A DNA stretch of 59,318 nucleotides, the filler included. It is 5 parts of 5 records of this genome, joined end to end, with 100 filler letters (N's around TTAATTAATTAA, not from the genome) between each part and the next. Parts side by side here need not be neighbours in the genome. Positions count along the whole stretch, not along the records: positions 17,011 to 33,919 come from SRR20825006_856; positions 34,020 to 40,458 come from SRR20825006_862; 3 more parts are not named here. One strand, written 5' to 3'. Of this stretch, positions 29,184-39,325 are shown piece by piece. The notes under the pieces are model-generated. The model did no database searches, had not been told where the DNA came from, and saw nothing but the letters and a program-made list of their open reading frames with translations. Position numbers and translations under genes: made by a program. Every line of letters begins with the position of its first letter. Position 1 is the stretch's first letter.

Positions 29184-30091
29184 TAGAAATAGCCCTCTTG
29201 TTTTTTCTTCTCCATCGACCCGGCCTGATCACTATCGATCAAACGCCCTTCCCGCTCAGACGTGCGTGAGGCATTCATCTCCATGATGATTTCGGGCAAG
29301 GTGGCGGCTTCTGATTCAATCGCGCCAGTGAGCGGATAGCAGCCAAGGGTTCTAAACCGAACCATTTTTTCTTGTGGTGTTTCGCCTTCATTGAGCGGCA
29401 AGCGTTCATCATCGACCATGATCAACGTGCCAGAGCGCTCCACCACCGGGCGCGGCTTGGCCAGATAAAGCGACGGGATTTCGATTTCTTCTTTGTAGAT
29501 ATAGGTCCAGATATCCAGCTCAGTCCAATTGGACAGCGGGAACACACGCATGCTTTCGCCCGGCGAGATACGCGTGTTGAACAAGCGCCAAAGTTCTGGC
29601 CGCTGGTTTTTCGGATCCCACGCATGTTGCGCATTGCGGTGCGAGAACACACGTTCCTTGGCGCGAGACTTTTCTTCATCGCGCCGCGCCCCGCCAATCG
29701 CTGCATCATATTGACCAGCATTGAGAGCCTGACGCAGAGCCACAGTTTTCATAATGTCAGTGTAACGTGCGGAGCCATGGTCAAACGGATTGATGTTTTC
29801 CACCACACCTTCTTGGTTGGTGTGCGTGATCAAATCAAAACCATATTGCGCCGCCATCCGGTCGCGAAACGCGATCATTTCGCGGAACTTAAAAGTGGTA
29901 TCCACATGCAAAAGCGGAAATGGAATTTTCGACGGGAAAAACGCCTTGCGCGCCACATGCAGCAAAACACTTGAATCCTTGCCAATCGAATACATCATCA
30001 CCGGCCGCTCAAAACTGGCCGCTACCTCGCGAAAAATCTCAATGCTCTCCGCTTCCAAAGCGTCAAGATGGCTGTGACGTATTTCTGGCAT
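29183..30091 (-). CDS. cysD: Sulfate adenylyltransferase subunit 2
   Basis: [39 protein letters not shown] and [12 protein letters not shown] motifs. Confidence 0.97.
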   Translation of the reverse strand: MPEIRHSHLDALEAESIEIFREVAASFERPVMMYSIGKDSSVLLHVARKAFFPSKIPFPLLHVDTTFKFREMIAFRDRMAAQYGFDLITHTNQEGVVENINPFDHGSARYTDIMKTVALRQALNAGQYDAAIGGARRDEEKSRAKERVFSHRNAQHAWDPKNQRPELWRLFNTRISPGESMRVFPLSNWTELDIWTYIYKEEIEIPSLYLAKPRPVVERSGTLIMVDDERLPLNEGETPQEKMVRFRTLGCYPLTGAIESEAATLPEIIMEMNASRTSEREGRLIDSDQAGSMEKKKQEGYF

Positions 30092-30503
30092 AATTTAAGT
30101 CCGCTTGTTTAAACAGACTTCAAAATAATTAGCGCGCAACGACAAAACAAGTAGTAATTTCAAAGGTTTATGATTGTATATGCCGATTTTTCGCGCAGCC
30201 CATCTTCCATGGTTTTTTGCTCTAGCGCCCCTAAAGATCAGGAAAATCATTTCGCGCAATTTCACTTTATACGGGTAAACTATTTCCCCGTTGGATATAC
30301 CATGAACAGCGGCAACGGTTGAGGCTTCCGCACTTTAAAAGCAAAGATTGGCGCAATGAGATTTTTGCGTTTTCGAGCCATATTAGTTTTTTCGCATTGT
30401 CTTATTGGCGAAATGGAAAAAGGCTTTTCTTTTCTTCACTCTAGGCTTGATCAGCGCTCTGCTTCTCCTTAGTTTTGAGCCTAACACACCAGAGGATTTT
30501 CCA

Positions 30504-31565
30504 ATGACAGAGCACAATGACATGCACAAAGATATTCTGGGCGCGATTGGCAACACGCCACTAATTCGCTTGAACGCCGTTTCTGAAGCAACGGGCTGCG
30601 AAATTTGGGGCAAGGCAGAGTTTTTGAACCCCGGTCAGTCTGTGAAAGACCGGGCCGCGCTTTATATTGTGCGTGATGCAGAGCGCAAAGGCTTGTTGAA
30701 GCCCGGCGGCACGATTGTTGAAGGCACCGCGGGTAACACCGGCATCGGCCTTTCCATGGTGGCGAACGCTTTGGGCTATAAATCTGTGATCGTTATTCCG
30801 GAAACACAATCGAAAGAGAAAAAGGATTCTCTGCGCTTGGCTGGTGCCACGCTGATTGAAGTGCCGGCAAAGCCTTATAAGAATCCGAACAATTATGTGA
30901 AGGTTTCCGGTCGTCTGGCCGAGAAATTGTCGAAAGAACTGCCCGAAGGCGCGATTTGGGCCAATCAATTTGACAATGTGGCCAACCGTCAAGCCCACAT
31001 TGAAACTACTGGCCCTGAAATCTTCGAGCAAACCGGCGGTAAAGTTGACGGGTTTATTTGTGCAGTTGGCTCCGGCGGCACGTTGGCGGGTGTTTCACAC
31101 GCGCTTAAAGAACGCAATAAAGACATTCAAATTGGCTTGGCGGACCCGATGGGGGCTGCGCTCTATAGCTTTTACACCAGTGGTGAATTTGCGTCGCAAG
31201 GCGGTTCGATCACCGAAGGCATTGGTCAAGGCCGGATTACAGCTAATCTTGATGGTTTCAAGCCGGACCACGCTTATCAAATCTCTGACGCGGAAGCCCT
31301 GCCCTATATCTTCGATCTGTTGAAGGATGAAGGCATTTGCTTGGGCGGCTCAAGCGCGATCAACATCGCTGGCGCGGTGAAACTCGCGCGTGATTTGGGG
31401 CCGGGCAAAACCATTGTCACCATTCTTTGTGACTATGGCAATCGCTACCAATCCAAGCTTTATAATCCAATGTTTTTGCGGGAGAAGGACTTGCCAGTGC
31501 CTGATTTCTTAAGCCACACTCATGAAATTGACATGAGTACGGTTTTTGAGAATGACGCAGACTGA
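30504..31565 (+). CDS. cysK: Cysteine synthase (PLP-dependent)
   Basis: IGNTPL, KAEFLNPGQSVKDR, EGTAGNTG, GSGGT and TEGIGQ motifs. Confidence 0.9.
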   Translation: MTEHNDMHKDILGAIGNTPLIRLNAVSEATGCEIWGKAEFLNPGQSVKDRAALYIVRDAERKGLLKPGGTIVEGTAGNTGIGLSMVANALGYKSVIVIPETQSKEKKDSLRLAGATLIEVPAKPYKNPNNYVKVSGRLAEKLSKELPEGAIWANQFDNVANRQAHIETTGPEIFEQTGGKVDGFICAVGSGGTLAGVSHALKERNKDIQIGLADPMGAALYSFYTSGEFASQGGSITEGIGQGRITANLDGFKPDHAYQISDAEALPYIFDLLKDEGICLGGSSAINIAGAVKLARDLGPGKTIVTILCDYGNRYQSKLYNPMFLREKDLPVPDFLSHTHEIDMSTVFENDAD

Positions 31566-32289
31566 TTTTCTTTTTCGTGAAGATGCTTACCTAACAACTG
31601 CTGCCGCCACGATCTCGTTTATCAACGAGGATGGCGGCATCATTTTAGATCGCTCTAACTTTTATGCCACTTCCGGCGGCCAGCCAGGTGACAACGGCTT
31701 TTTGGAGCGCGAGAATGGCGACAAGATTGCCATCATCACCTGCGTACACCCCGATGGCGATAAAACCCAATGTCTCTTGGTGCCTGAGAGTGCCGAGCAT
31801 GGTCTGCAACCCGGCGAGCAGATCACCGCACACATTGATTGGGACAATCGCTATAAATTGATGCGCATGCATACAGCACTGCATTTGCTGTCAGTTGTCA
31901 TTCCACTACCCGTCACAGGCGGCTCAATCGGCGCTGCGAAGTCTCGACTGGACTTTCAGATGCCTGAACCGCCAGAGGATAAGGACGCCTTGGCAGAACA
32001 GCTCAATGCCCTGATTGAGCGCAATCTGGATGTGCGTGAGGAATGGATCAGCGAAGCAGAGCTTGAAGCCAACCCCGACCTCGTGAAAACCATGTCGGTT
32101 AAGCCACCATCCGGTCAGGGAAAAATTCGGATGATCCGCATTTTGGATGGCGACCAAACGATTGACTGGCAGCCATGCGGCGGCACGCACGTGGCGAACA
32201 CAGAAGAAATTGGCCGCATGCGCTTGGGCAAAGTGGAAAAAAAGGGCAAGCAGAATCGTCGCGTTGCGATACATTTTGCGGATGAGTAG
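31552..32289 (+). CDS. alaX: Alanyl-tRNA editing protein
   Basis: FYATSGGQPGD, MRMHTALHLL (HxxxH) and QPCGGTHV (CxxxH). Confidence 0.93.
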   Translation: MTQTDFLFREDAYLTTAAATISFINEDGGIILDRSNFYATSGGQPGDNGFLERENGDKIAIITCVHPDGDKTQCLLVPESAEHGLQPGEQITAHIDWDNRYKLMRMHTALHLLSVVIPLPVTGGSIGAAKSRLDFQMPEPPEDKDALAEQLNALIERNLDVREEWISEAELEANPDLVKTMSVKPPSGQGKIRMIRILDGDQTIDWQPCGGTHVANTEEIGRMRLGKVEKKGKQNRRVAIHFADE

Positions 32290-32649
32290 ATGACCACTTA
32301 TCAGGGATCTTGTCATTGCGGTGCTGTGAAATTTGAGATTGAAAGTGATCTCAGCACGGTGATGAAGTGCGATTGTTCGCTATGCCGTAAAAGAAACGCC
32401 GTGATGGTCGATGTGCATCAAGACCATTTCAAACTGTTGGCTGGCGAAGAGTGTTTAGGCACCTACCAATGGAACATGAAGATCGCAAAGCATCATTTTT
32501 GCAAAATTTGCGGCATTTACACATTCCACCGCAAAAGGTCCCTGCCCGAGCATTATGGAGTGAATCTTTATTGTCTTGATGGGATTGATTTCGATTCAGT
32601 TGAAGTCGAGCAAGCCTTCGGCTCACAACTAAGCACTGCAGAGAATTGA
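32290..32649 (+). CDS. GFA/CENP-V family protein
   Basis: GSCHCG, CDCSLC and FCKICGI Zn-binding motifs. Confidence 0.92.
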   Translation: MTTYQGSCHCGAVKFEIESDLSTVMKCDCSLCRKRNAVMVDVHQDHFKLLAGEECLGTYQWNMKIAKHHFCKICGIYTFHRKRSLPEHYGVNLYCLDGIDFDSVEVEQAFGSQLSTAEN

Positions 32650-32656
32650 GATTGCC

Positions 32657-33676
32657 TTAGCGGATTGGCGGTGCGTATTGCAGGCCGCCTTTGGTCCACA
32701 ATTCGTTAGAGCCACGCGGGATCATCAACCCAGACGTACTACCAAAATTACGCTCATAGACTTCGCCATAATTGCCGACATTGCGGATAATGTCTTGCGC
32801 CCACGTGGCGTTGAGGCCAAGTGCCTGGCCAAACTCGCCATCTAAACCCAGCAAACGCCGCAATCTTGGGTTTTTGGTTTCCATCATCGTATCGATATTG
32901 CGTGAGTTCACGCCCAATTCTTCGGCATTGATCATGGCAAATAGCACCCAGCGGACAATTGTTTGCCACTGCATATCACCCTTGCGCACAACTGGCCCCA
33001 TGGGTTCTTTGCTCAAACGTTCCGGCAAAATGCGGTGCAATGACGGGTCCACGGCGTTGATTTTGATGCCCTGCAACACGGTTGCTGATGCGGTGATCGC
33101 ATCGCAAAGGCCGGACATGTATGCGCCGGGCAAGTCGGCTTCGTCTTCCACCATCACTTCTTCATAAGTGATTTGGTTGTTGAAGAAAAAGCGTTCAATC
33201 GCGTTATGTTGCGGTGAATCTGCAACAACACAGACCGACACATTTTTTAACTCTAGCGCTGAGATAACTTGGGTTTCGTTGCGCACCATGATGGCTTGGC
33301 CATCGTAATAACCGATGCCTGTGTAAACCACGTCATATTGATTGTCGCGCGGCAGGTTCCAATAGCCGTTTCGCGCCATCAGGTCGACTTCCCCTACCCG
33401 AAGCGGGGTCATCCGCACGTCACCGGGATATTCGGCGAACTCTACGCGGTTAGGCTCAGAAAATATCGCTGCGGAAACGGCGCGGCAAAGATCAACGTCG
33501 AAGCCAGTCCAAAATCCATCAGTTGAGAGATTTGAGAACCCTCGGTGCCCTTGGTTCGCGCCACATTTAACAAAGCCACGCTCGCGCACGGTTTCAAGCG
33601 TATCTGCGAACGCAGATGTGCTGAAGCCAAAAAGAAGCAGGATCAAAGCTAGAAAGGTACGCACCTGAACACCCAA
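32657..33676 (-). CDS. General L-amino acid ABC transporter substrate-binding protein (AapJ/BztA-like)
   Basis: Signal peptide; GFDVDLCRAV, LSKEPMGPVVR, AEELG, VGNYGEVYERN and C-terminal YAPPIR. The exact start is uncertain. Confidence 0.9.
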   Translation of the reverse strand: MGVQVRTFLALILLLFGFSTSAFADTLETVRERGFVKCGANQGHRGFSNLSTDGFWTGFDVDLCRAVSAAIFSEPNRVEFAEYPGDVRMTPLRVGEVDLMARNGYWNLPRDNQYDVVYTGIGYYDGQAIMVRNETQVISALELKNVSVCVVADSPQHNAIERFFFNNQITYEEVMVEDEADLPGAYMSGLCDAITASATVLQGIKINAVDPSLHRILPERLSKEPMGPVVRKGDMQWQTIVRWVLFAMINAEELGVNSRNIDTMMETKNPRLRRLLGLDGEFGQALGLNATWAQDIIRNVGNYGEVYERNFGSTSGLMIPRGSNELWTKGGLQYAPPIR

Positions 33677-33681
33677 TATGC

Positions 33682-33705
33682 AAAAGGCGGCCCGTGGGGC
33701 CGCCT
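33682..33705 (-). terminator. Probable intrinsic terminator after the aapP-like gene
   Basis: Minus strand AGGCGGCCC-CAC-GGGCCGCCT-TTT; a second hairpin lies at 33718-33747. Confidence 0.5.
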
Positions 33706-33763
33706 AATTAATTCCCCGATGGTTATTCAGCAAAGCGAATAACCATCAATAAAGCAAGAGATT

Positions 33764-33919
33764 CTAATGCAAAATCTGGCTTAGGAACAATTTTGTCCGC
33801 TCATGCTGTGGATTATTGAAGAACTCTTCAGGCTCATTTTGCTCAATGATTTGCCCTTGGTCCATAAAGATAACCCGGTTCGCCACTTGGCGGGCAAAGC
33901 CCATTTCGTGGGTCACGCA
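33764..33919 (-). CDS. Amino acid ABC transporter ATP-binding protein, 3' end (AapP-like)
   Basis: Manual translation CVTHEMGFARQVANRVIFMDQGQIIEQNEPEEFFNNPQHERTKLFLSQILH*. Confidence 0.9.
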   Translation of the reverse strand, partial: CVTHEMGFARQVANRVIFMDQGQIIEQNEPEEFFNNPQHERTKLFLSQILH

Positions 33920-34019
33920 NNNNNNNNNNNNNNNNNNNNNNNNNNNNNNNNNNNNNNNNNNNNTTAATTAATTAANNNNNNNNNNNNNNNNNNNNNNNNN
34001 NNNNNNNNNNNNNNNNNNN
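33920..34019. other. Artificial contig linker
   Basis: 44 N + TTAATTAATTAA + 44 N. Confidence 0.99.
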
Positions 34020-34051
34020 GCCTTTTACAACATCGTCCGCTACGTCAGAAG

Positions 34052-34120
34052 GTAGCCGGGGGTCGCGTAACGCACCCCCGGTACACGAGCGTTCCGGTGA
34101 ACCCGACCCCAACGGGGTCG
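34052..34120 (+). repeat. GTAG-type REP-like palindrome plus a second hairpin
   Basis: GTAG-CCGGGGGT-cgcgtaacgc-ACCCCCGG (34052-34081) and CGACCCC-AAC-GGGGTCG (34104-34120). Confidence 0.55.
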
Positions 34121-34133
34121 AAGAGGGACGATC

Positions 34134-35054
34134 ATGAGCGTATCGCTGCGAGTCACGATCGTCGTTGTCCTTTGGCTGGGAATCACCCTCGTTTGCTATT
34201 CCGTTTGGCGAAGGTACCAACGGCGTGGTGAGGCGTTGGACCGTTTGCAACGGGACGTGACTCGAACGGACTCATCCGAAGTCGAGGAAAGCCAAATCAG
34301 CTGGCTTCTCCGTCGCATGATGCTGGCCGGATACAGCACACCAGCAGCGGGGACACTGTTGGTTGCCGCGACGATCCTGATGTTGGTCAGCGGTATCTTC
34401 TGTGCGTTGTTGTTTCGCTGGTCCGGGCTGCAGCAAGTTTTTCTGGAAGGCATTGAATCCGTGCCGGGTGGGTTATCCGGCATGCTCGCGCCCGTGGTCA
34501 TTGTTTCGCCTTGGTTGATCGCCATCATCCTTGCGTCCTTGCCAATCCTGGTGGTGCGTGCATCACGTCGTGCCCGAGTGTTGCAGGTGTCGCGTGATCT
34601 GCCGCTTGCGATGGATCTCTGGGCGACGCTCTCCGAAGGAGGCCTCGGATTTGATGCGGCCTTGGATCGTTGGCAGCGGACTCAACGTCCCGACCGAGTG
34701 CTGGCCAGCGCATGCCGCGGTTTTCAACGCGACTTGCTGGGTGGCATGCGACGGAGCGTTGCGTTTCGCAGATTGGCGGGCCGGTTGGACGTTCCACCGC
34801 TCACTCGATTCACCGCCGCGATGATCCAGTCCGAACAAATGGGAGCCAGCGTTTCGGAAACGTTGCGATTGCAAGCCGAAGATGTCCGAGCCGAGCGTCG
34901 TGAAAAGTCGATGGCGTTCGCACAATCACTTGCGACCAAACGAGTCATCCCGCTGGTGGTTTGTTTCTTGCCAGGCCTATTCGTTTGGCCCCTCGGTCCA
35001 TTCTTCACTCAGCTATTGCGAATCGTCGATTCGTTGACAGGCGGTGGAGGATGA
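34134..35054 (+). CDS. tadC: Tad/Flp pilus assembly membrane protein (T2SS F family)
   Basis: TM helices; DLPLAMDL..LSEGGLGFDAAL, AMIQSEQMGASVSETLRLQA and PLVVCFLPGLF. Confidence 0.82.
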   Translation: MSVSLRVTIVVVLWLGITLVCYSVWRRYQRRGEALDRLQRDVTRTDSSEVEESQISWLLRRMMLAGYSTPAAGTLLVAATILMLVSGIFCALLFRWSGLQQVFLEGIESVPGGLSGMLAPVVIVSPWLIAIILASLPILVVRASRRARVLQVSRDLPLAMDLWATLSEGGLGFDAALDRWQRTQRPDRVLASACRGFQRDLLGGMRRSVAFRRLAGRLDVPPLTRFTAAMIQSEQMGASVSETLRLQAEDVRAERREKSMAFAQSLATKRVIPLVVCFLPGLFVWPLGPFFTQLLRIVDSLTGGGG

Positions 35055-35416
35055 AACACTTGATTGACGCGACCACCCATGAAGTTTTGTTGAACCAAGT
35101 CGAAGTCGCCGACACCTTCTGGCAACGATTCAAAGGCTTGCAGTTCCGATCGCCGTTGCCCGCGGATACCGGATTGTTGATCACGCCTTGTTCGTCACTG
35201 CACACTTGTTTCATGCGATTTTCGATCGACGTGGTCATGTTGGACCAAGAACTATGCGTTGTTGGAATTCGGAAACAGGTTCGTCCTTGGAAAGCCATCC
35301 TTTGCGTTTCAGGAACCAAGTCGGTCGTTGAAATGACGGCGGTTTCGAAGGATTGGAAAGTCGGTCGGAAGCTCCAACTTGTCAGCGGTCTCGAAGAACG
35401 TCCTTGTAAGCACTAG
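35051..35416 (+). CDS. DUF192 domain protein
   Basis: VADTFWQRFKGL, PCSSLHTCFMRFSIDVVMLD and VVEM motifs. Confidence 0.88.
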   Translation: MKHLIDATTHEVLLNQVEVADTFWQRFKGLQFRSPLPADTGLLITPCSSLHTCFMRFSIDVVMLDQELCVVGIRKQVRPWKAILCVSGTKSVVEMTAVSKDWKVGRKLQLVSGLEERPCKH

Positions 35417-35427
35417 GCGAGAGAATC

Positions 35428-36135
35428 ATGCACACACATTCTCATGAACTGACGCTAGGACTTGCGTTCTTCCTTGGTGCGTTGCACGCCTTGGAACCGG
35501 GGCATGGCAAGACTGCGATGTTGGTCTATTTATCTGGCGAACGTCGAAGTTTCTGGCACCCGATCGTGATGGGGATTTCGAGCGGGCTGGCTCACTCCGT
35601 TTCGTTGATCGCGATCGCGATGGCGGTGCACCTGACACATCATCTGGTCTCGGGCGATCACCATCACGACGATGAAGTGGTCACGCAATCGCTTCAGTGG
35701 ATCAGCGCGGCGTTGGTGATGTGTGTCGGGGTTTGGATGCTGTGGTCAGCTTGGCGGGCGAAGCCGATGGCGTGTGGTTGCAAGTCGCATCAGCACACAA
35801 GTTGCGATACTGAGCCGGTGTCCAAGCGGTCGAGCTACTCGATGAGTGCTCTGCTTGGCGTTGCGTTTGGGCTGCTTCCCTGTCCTTCGGCCTTGGCGGC
35901 CTACTTCACCAGCATGTCGACTGGATCGCCAGTCGCAGCCTACGCCGTGATCGGCTTGTTCGCCGCAGGGATTGCCAGCAGCCTGACGCTGGTCGGTATT
36001 CTGCTGCAACGTTTCGGCGGCAGCCTGATCCGCAAGGACAGCCGACTCGGAAAGCTGCCGTGGCCGTACTTGCGTGCCGGATTGATCCTGGCGGTTGGCG
36101 TTTTCTACTGCAGTCGGCTCGCACTGACCGCTTGA
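35428..36135 (+). CDS. Nickel/cobalt transporter (RcnA/NicO-like)
   Basis: GALHALEPGHGKT motif, His-rich loop, GLLPCPSA and six TM segments. Confidence 0.85.
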   Translation: MHTHSHELTLGLAFFLGALHALEPGHGKTAMLVYLSGERRSFWHPIVMGISSGLAHSVSLIAIAMAVHLTHHLVSGDHHHDDEVVTQSLQWISAALVMCVGVWMLWSAWRAKPMACGCKSHQHTSCDTEPVSKRSSYSMSALLGVAFGLLPCPSALAAYFTSMSTGSPVAAYAVIGLFAAGIASSLTLVGILLQRFGGSLIRKDSRLGKLPWPYLRAGLILAVGVFYCSRLALTA

Positions 36136-36314
36136 TCGCCTGGTGGGATTGACTGGTTGCGAGAAATCACAAGTGTTTTCTCGCGTCTCTCGCTCAAACG
36201 GAATCGTTGTTAGAATGCGAGAGTTGGCTCAGTGGGCAGTCGGACCGGCTCTGCATGTTCGCCGTCTTCGTAAGAGCCAACCGGTTGAGGGGACGCATTT
36301 ACCAGGGATCCAAA

Positions 36315-36854
36315 ATGTCGAGTGCATACGAGTCTTCACCGCACTACACCGCAAACGACTATCAGCACTGGGAGGGTGATTGGGAATTGTGGGAGGGGAT
36401 TGCGATCGCGATGAGCCCCAGCCCATTTGGTCGACACCAGTCGTTGGTCTCGCGGATTGCAAGATCGCTAGGGAATGCGATCGAAGACAATGATTGCAAT
36501 GCCGAAACGTTGGTGGAGCTGGATTGGATCGTCAGTGACGATACCGTTGTGCGACCGGACGTGATGGTTGTCTGCGGCGATCCACCTGAACGGCATCTGG
36601 AGACGGCTCCCGCAGTCGCTGTCGAAGTGCTCTCGGAATCCACGCGAAAGAACGACCTGGGTTACAAGCGGCGTCTCTATCATCAGCACGGCATCGCAGC
36701 CTACCTCATCGTTGACCCAAACGACAAAACGGTCGTTCTCGATCGACGCCAAGAGGATGGTGGCTATCAAACCGAAGACGTGAGCGGTTCGGTCGCTTTT
36801 CGTGTCTGCGACGACTGCGAAATCAAACTCTCGGTTGAAACGCTGTTCCGGTAA
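36315..36854 (+). CDS. Uma2 family PD-(D/E)XK endonuclease-fold protein
   Basis: WELWEG, MSPSP..HQ, VRPDVMV, VEVLSEST..D..K and YLIVDP. Confidence 0.9.
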   Translation: MSSAYESSPHYTANDYQHWEGDWELWEGIAIAMSPSPFGRHQSLVSRIARSLGNAIEDNDCNAETLVELDWIVSDDTVVRPDVMVVCGDPPERHLETAPAVAVEVLSESTRKNDLGYKRRLYHQHGIAAYLIVDPNDKTVVLDRRQEDGGYQTEDVSGSVAFRVCDDCEIKLSVETLFR

Positions 36855-36994
36855 TTGAAAATTTGTCTCGCCGCATGGCGGTTACCAACTTGGCTTGGTC
36901 GGACCGGTCGCTAGTTTCCGCACACGCGATGGAACAATCGGTGGTAGCGGGGCCTCAAAACTCAGCCAACTGTCGTCTTGCACCGCATTTGTTC

Positions 36995-37063
36995 GGCCAC
37001 AAAGGCCACAAAGAAAGATCGACGTTGTAGCCAAAACCTCTGTGCTCTTTGTGTCACTGTGGC
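36995..37063. repeat. 9-mer-based imperfect inverted repeat, copy 1
   Basis: GGCCACAAAGGCCACAAAGA ... CTCTGTGCTCTTTGTGTCACTGTGGC. Confidence 0.75.
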
Positions 37064-37149
37064 AAGCATGATTCATCCAGGAACGTTAGACCGCAACGAA
37101 TGGTGAAGTAGTCACACCACTGCTCGTAATTTTGGGAATCACGCTGCTG

Positions 37150-37782
37150 TCATTCATCGTCCGGTTCCATTTGCATCAACAAATCCGATTCCGGCTCAGA
37201 ACGAATTGGAATCCATGTGTGAGCATTGGCCGCGACCGTCTGCGAAAGCCTTCGCCATGACGAGGCAAGTTGTTCGGCCGGGATGAATAATCGCTCGCCA
37301 TTGTTCCATTGAACGAGTGTTTGGCGGCGATAGCCGAGTCCCAGCGTGGTCGCGACCCGCGATTCATAGCCACGGATCCAATCCAATAGCCGTAACAGCA
37401 AACTGACGCAGTCATATTGACGCTTCGGTGGTGGATCGGCGAACTCAGGCAAGTCGTCATTCGACCATGGTGGGCACTCCAGATTCGACAACCGGGTGTA
37501 CTTGGGCGTGAAGCCGAAACGTTCGATGAACAAGCCTCCGATGGAGTCGTCACCGATGTAGACGCCAAAGCCGCGCAAAACGATTCTGCAGCTCGGAGAA
37601 AGTTCCAGTGTGTAAACGCTGGAACAGTTCTTTCGATCTCGTGGTGGCGAGCGTTTGTGAAAGCCGTTCTGGATCAACCAATTGCCGTCCGGGCAAGCGA
37701 CATCCTGTCCCCAACACCAACATTGTTGACTGAGCAGTCCGGCAGCCCACTTTCGATCGGATACCACGTCTCGATCGGACAT
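37150..37782 (-). CDS. Hypothetical protein (QQCWCWGQD motif)
   Basis: 210-aa ORF coupled (TGATG) to the upstream small gene; Trp/Cys-rich segments. Confidence 0.7.
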   Translation of the reverse strand: MSDRDVVSDRKWAAGLLSQQCWCWGQDVACPDGNWLIQNGFHKRSPPRDRKNCSSVYTLELSPSCRIVLRGFGVYIGDDSIGGLFIERFGFTPKYTRLSNLECPPWSNDDLPEFADPPPKRQYDCVSLLLRLLDWIRGYESRVATTLGLGYRRQTLVQWNNGERLFIPAEQLASSWRRLSQTVAANAHTWIPIRSEPESDLLMQMEPDDE

Positions 37783-38003
37783 CAGGTCGACTCACGCAGG
37801 GCGGCGAGGTTGGCGATCATCCAGGCAGATGCGGCAGCCAGTTGCATGCTGTCACCCGCCGTCGATATGCCATAGGCAAAGACGCTGGCGATCCAACAGG
37901 CACTCGCGATCGTTTGGCCGAACCAGGAAAGGGTCAGCGCGTTTCGCCATGATTTTGGAAATTCGCTCTCTTTCTCCAATGCCTTCGTACTCAACACACG
38001 CAC
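37782..38003 (-). CDS. Small two-TM membrane protein
   Basis: 73 aa with two hydrophobic helices; overlaps both neighbours. Confidence 0.6.
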   Translation of the reverse strand: MRVLSTKALEKESEFPKSWRNALTLSWFGQTIASACWIASVFAYGISTAGDSMQLAAASAWMIANLAALREST

Positions 38004-39097
38004 TCCTCACCACAACACGAAAGATCATCCAGATACATACCCCACCTGCGATACGTTTCCAGTTCTTCGGCGGGCAAGCCGAGTGAATTGGCGATCGCTT
38101 TAGCAACCACAGCGAACCGTTGCCGATACTTGTAGATGAAACAGAAAATATGGTGGTCATGGCGGACCAGCGGACCGCACAAGAACATCCCCGGAACAAG
38201 CGACGACTCGTCATTCTCGGTGAGCAGCGGGAAACCGTCCTCGCGAAGCTCAAACATGTTTTCGATCAGAAGATGGCTTCCGCTGAAACCGCCCGCATAC
38301 AGCGGACGCGTGGAGGTTTGAAACACACGGCCATCGACTGCTCTGACCTCATAGCCAACGTCGACCCGATCCACGGAAGCAATGGGCGTGTTGGGGAACA
38401 ACTCGACTTGCTCTTCGAACCACTCTTCACGCATGCGTTCGAGCGTGCAGGGCGAAAGGGAAACACTGGGATCCGAGCTTTCGTCTTCCCACGGTTGAGC
38501 GTTGTCGAACAGGCGGACTGACTTGTCGTTGGAGGACAAGTGGAAGGCCGCATCCACGCCGCTTTCCGAACCGCCAATCACAATGAATTCCTCTCCCTTC
38601 AGTTCGACGAAGCTCGGCACCGTCGCCGTGTGCATGCAATGTTCGCACCCCGGAAAACCATGCCTTCGTGGATACTGGAATTCGCCGGCTGCCCAAATCA
38701 CGTGCTTGGCGAAAAGGGTTTCCGAACTGGTTGTGATCTGAAACAGACTCTCTGCTCGGTCGATGCTTTGGACATCGACACTTTCTTGCACGGGCAATTC
38801 AAAGAACTGTGAGACGCCACGCAGATGGGACGCATACTCCTGGCCTGTGGGGTGTTCCACTTCAAGGCTGTACCCGGGGGAGACGCCGATCGCGATGGAG
38901 TTCAGGTCCAACATGCCAACGGAATTCGTCGGAAATGACGGCGTGATGAATCGGGTTTCAGTAGGCCAGCGGTCGAAGGACTCACCCACCCGCTGCCGGT
39001 CGAGAATTCGGAAGTTCTCAATCCCGGCGTGTTTGAGTGCGACACCGACCCCAATTCCGGCTGCACCAGCCCCGATGACAATGACGTCAAATATCAT
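37991..39097 (-). CDS. NAD(P)/FAD-dependent oxidoreductase (class B flavoprotein-like) with a Cys-rich C-terminus
   Basis: GAGAAG FAD motif, WAAGEF, GGSESG, FCFIYKYRQRF and terminal SCCGEECVC. Confidence 0.85.
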   Translation of the reverse strand: MIFDVIVIGAGAAGIGVGVALKHAGIENFRILDRQRVGESFDRWPTETRFITPSFPTNSVGMLDLNSIAIGVSPGYSLEVEHPTGQEYASHLRGVSQFFELPVQESVDVQSIDRAESLFQITTSSETLFAKHVIWAAGEFQYPRRHGFPGCEHCMHTATVPSFVELKGEEFIVIGGSESGVDAAFHLSSNDKSVRLFDNAQPWEDESSDPSVSLSPCTLERMREEWFEEQVELFPNTPIASVDRVDVGYEVRAVDGRVFQTSTRPLYAGGFSGSHLLIENMFELREDGFPLLTENDESSLVPGMFLCGPLVRHDHHIFCFIYKYRQRFAVVAKAIANSLGLPAEELETYRRWGMYLDDLSCCGEECVC

Positions 39098-39116
39098 GAA
39101 GGCACCTTGGGTGTGT

Positions 39117-39196
39117 TCGCCACATAGACACAAAGGTCACAAAGAATACGAGCTTCGATGGGTGCCAGCTTTGTGATCTTTGTACCTTTGTGGCGA
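39117..39196. repeat. 9-mer-based imperfect inverted repeat, copy 2
   Basis: TCGCCACATAGACACAAAGGTCACAAAG ... CTTTGTGATCTTTGTACCTTTGTGGCGA. Confidence 0.8.
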
Positions 39197-39325
39197 GACG
39201 ATTTCGGTATCATGTGTTGGGATTCCTCGGGTATTTAAAAGCGACCACACTGAATCACGGGCTGCTCATCAACTTCGGCTCAGCAAAGTTTCAAATCAGA
39301 AAATTCAAGATGTAGGGTTTGGGTT

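Noticed and set aside
36315..36854. Uma2 nuclease as a defence system
   Set aside because: Solitary Uma2 genes are common in planctomycete-like genomes, and no methylase or other defence partner is adjacent.
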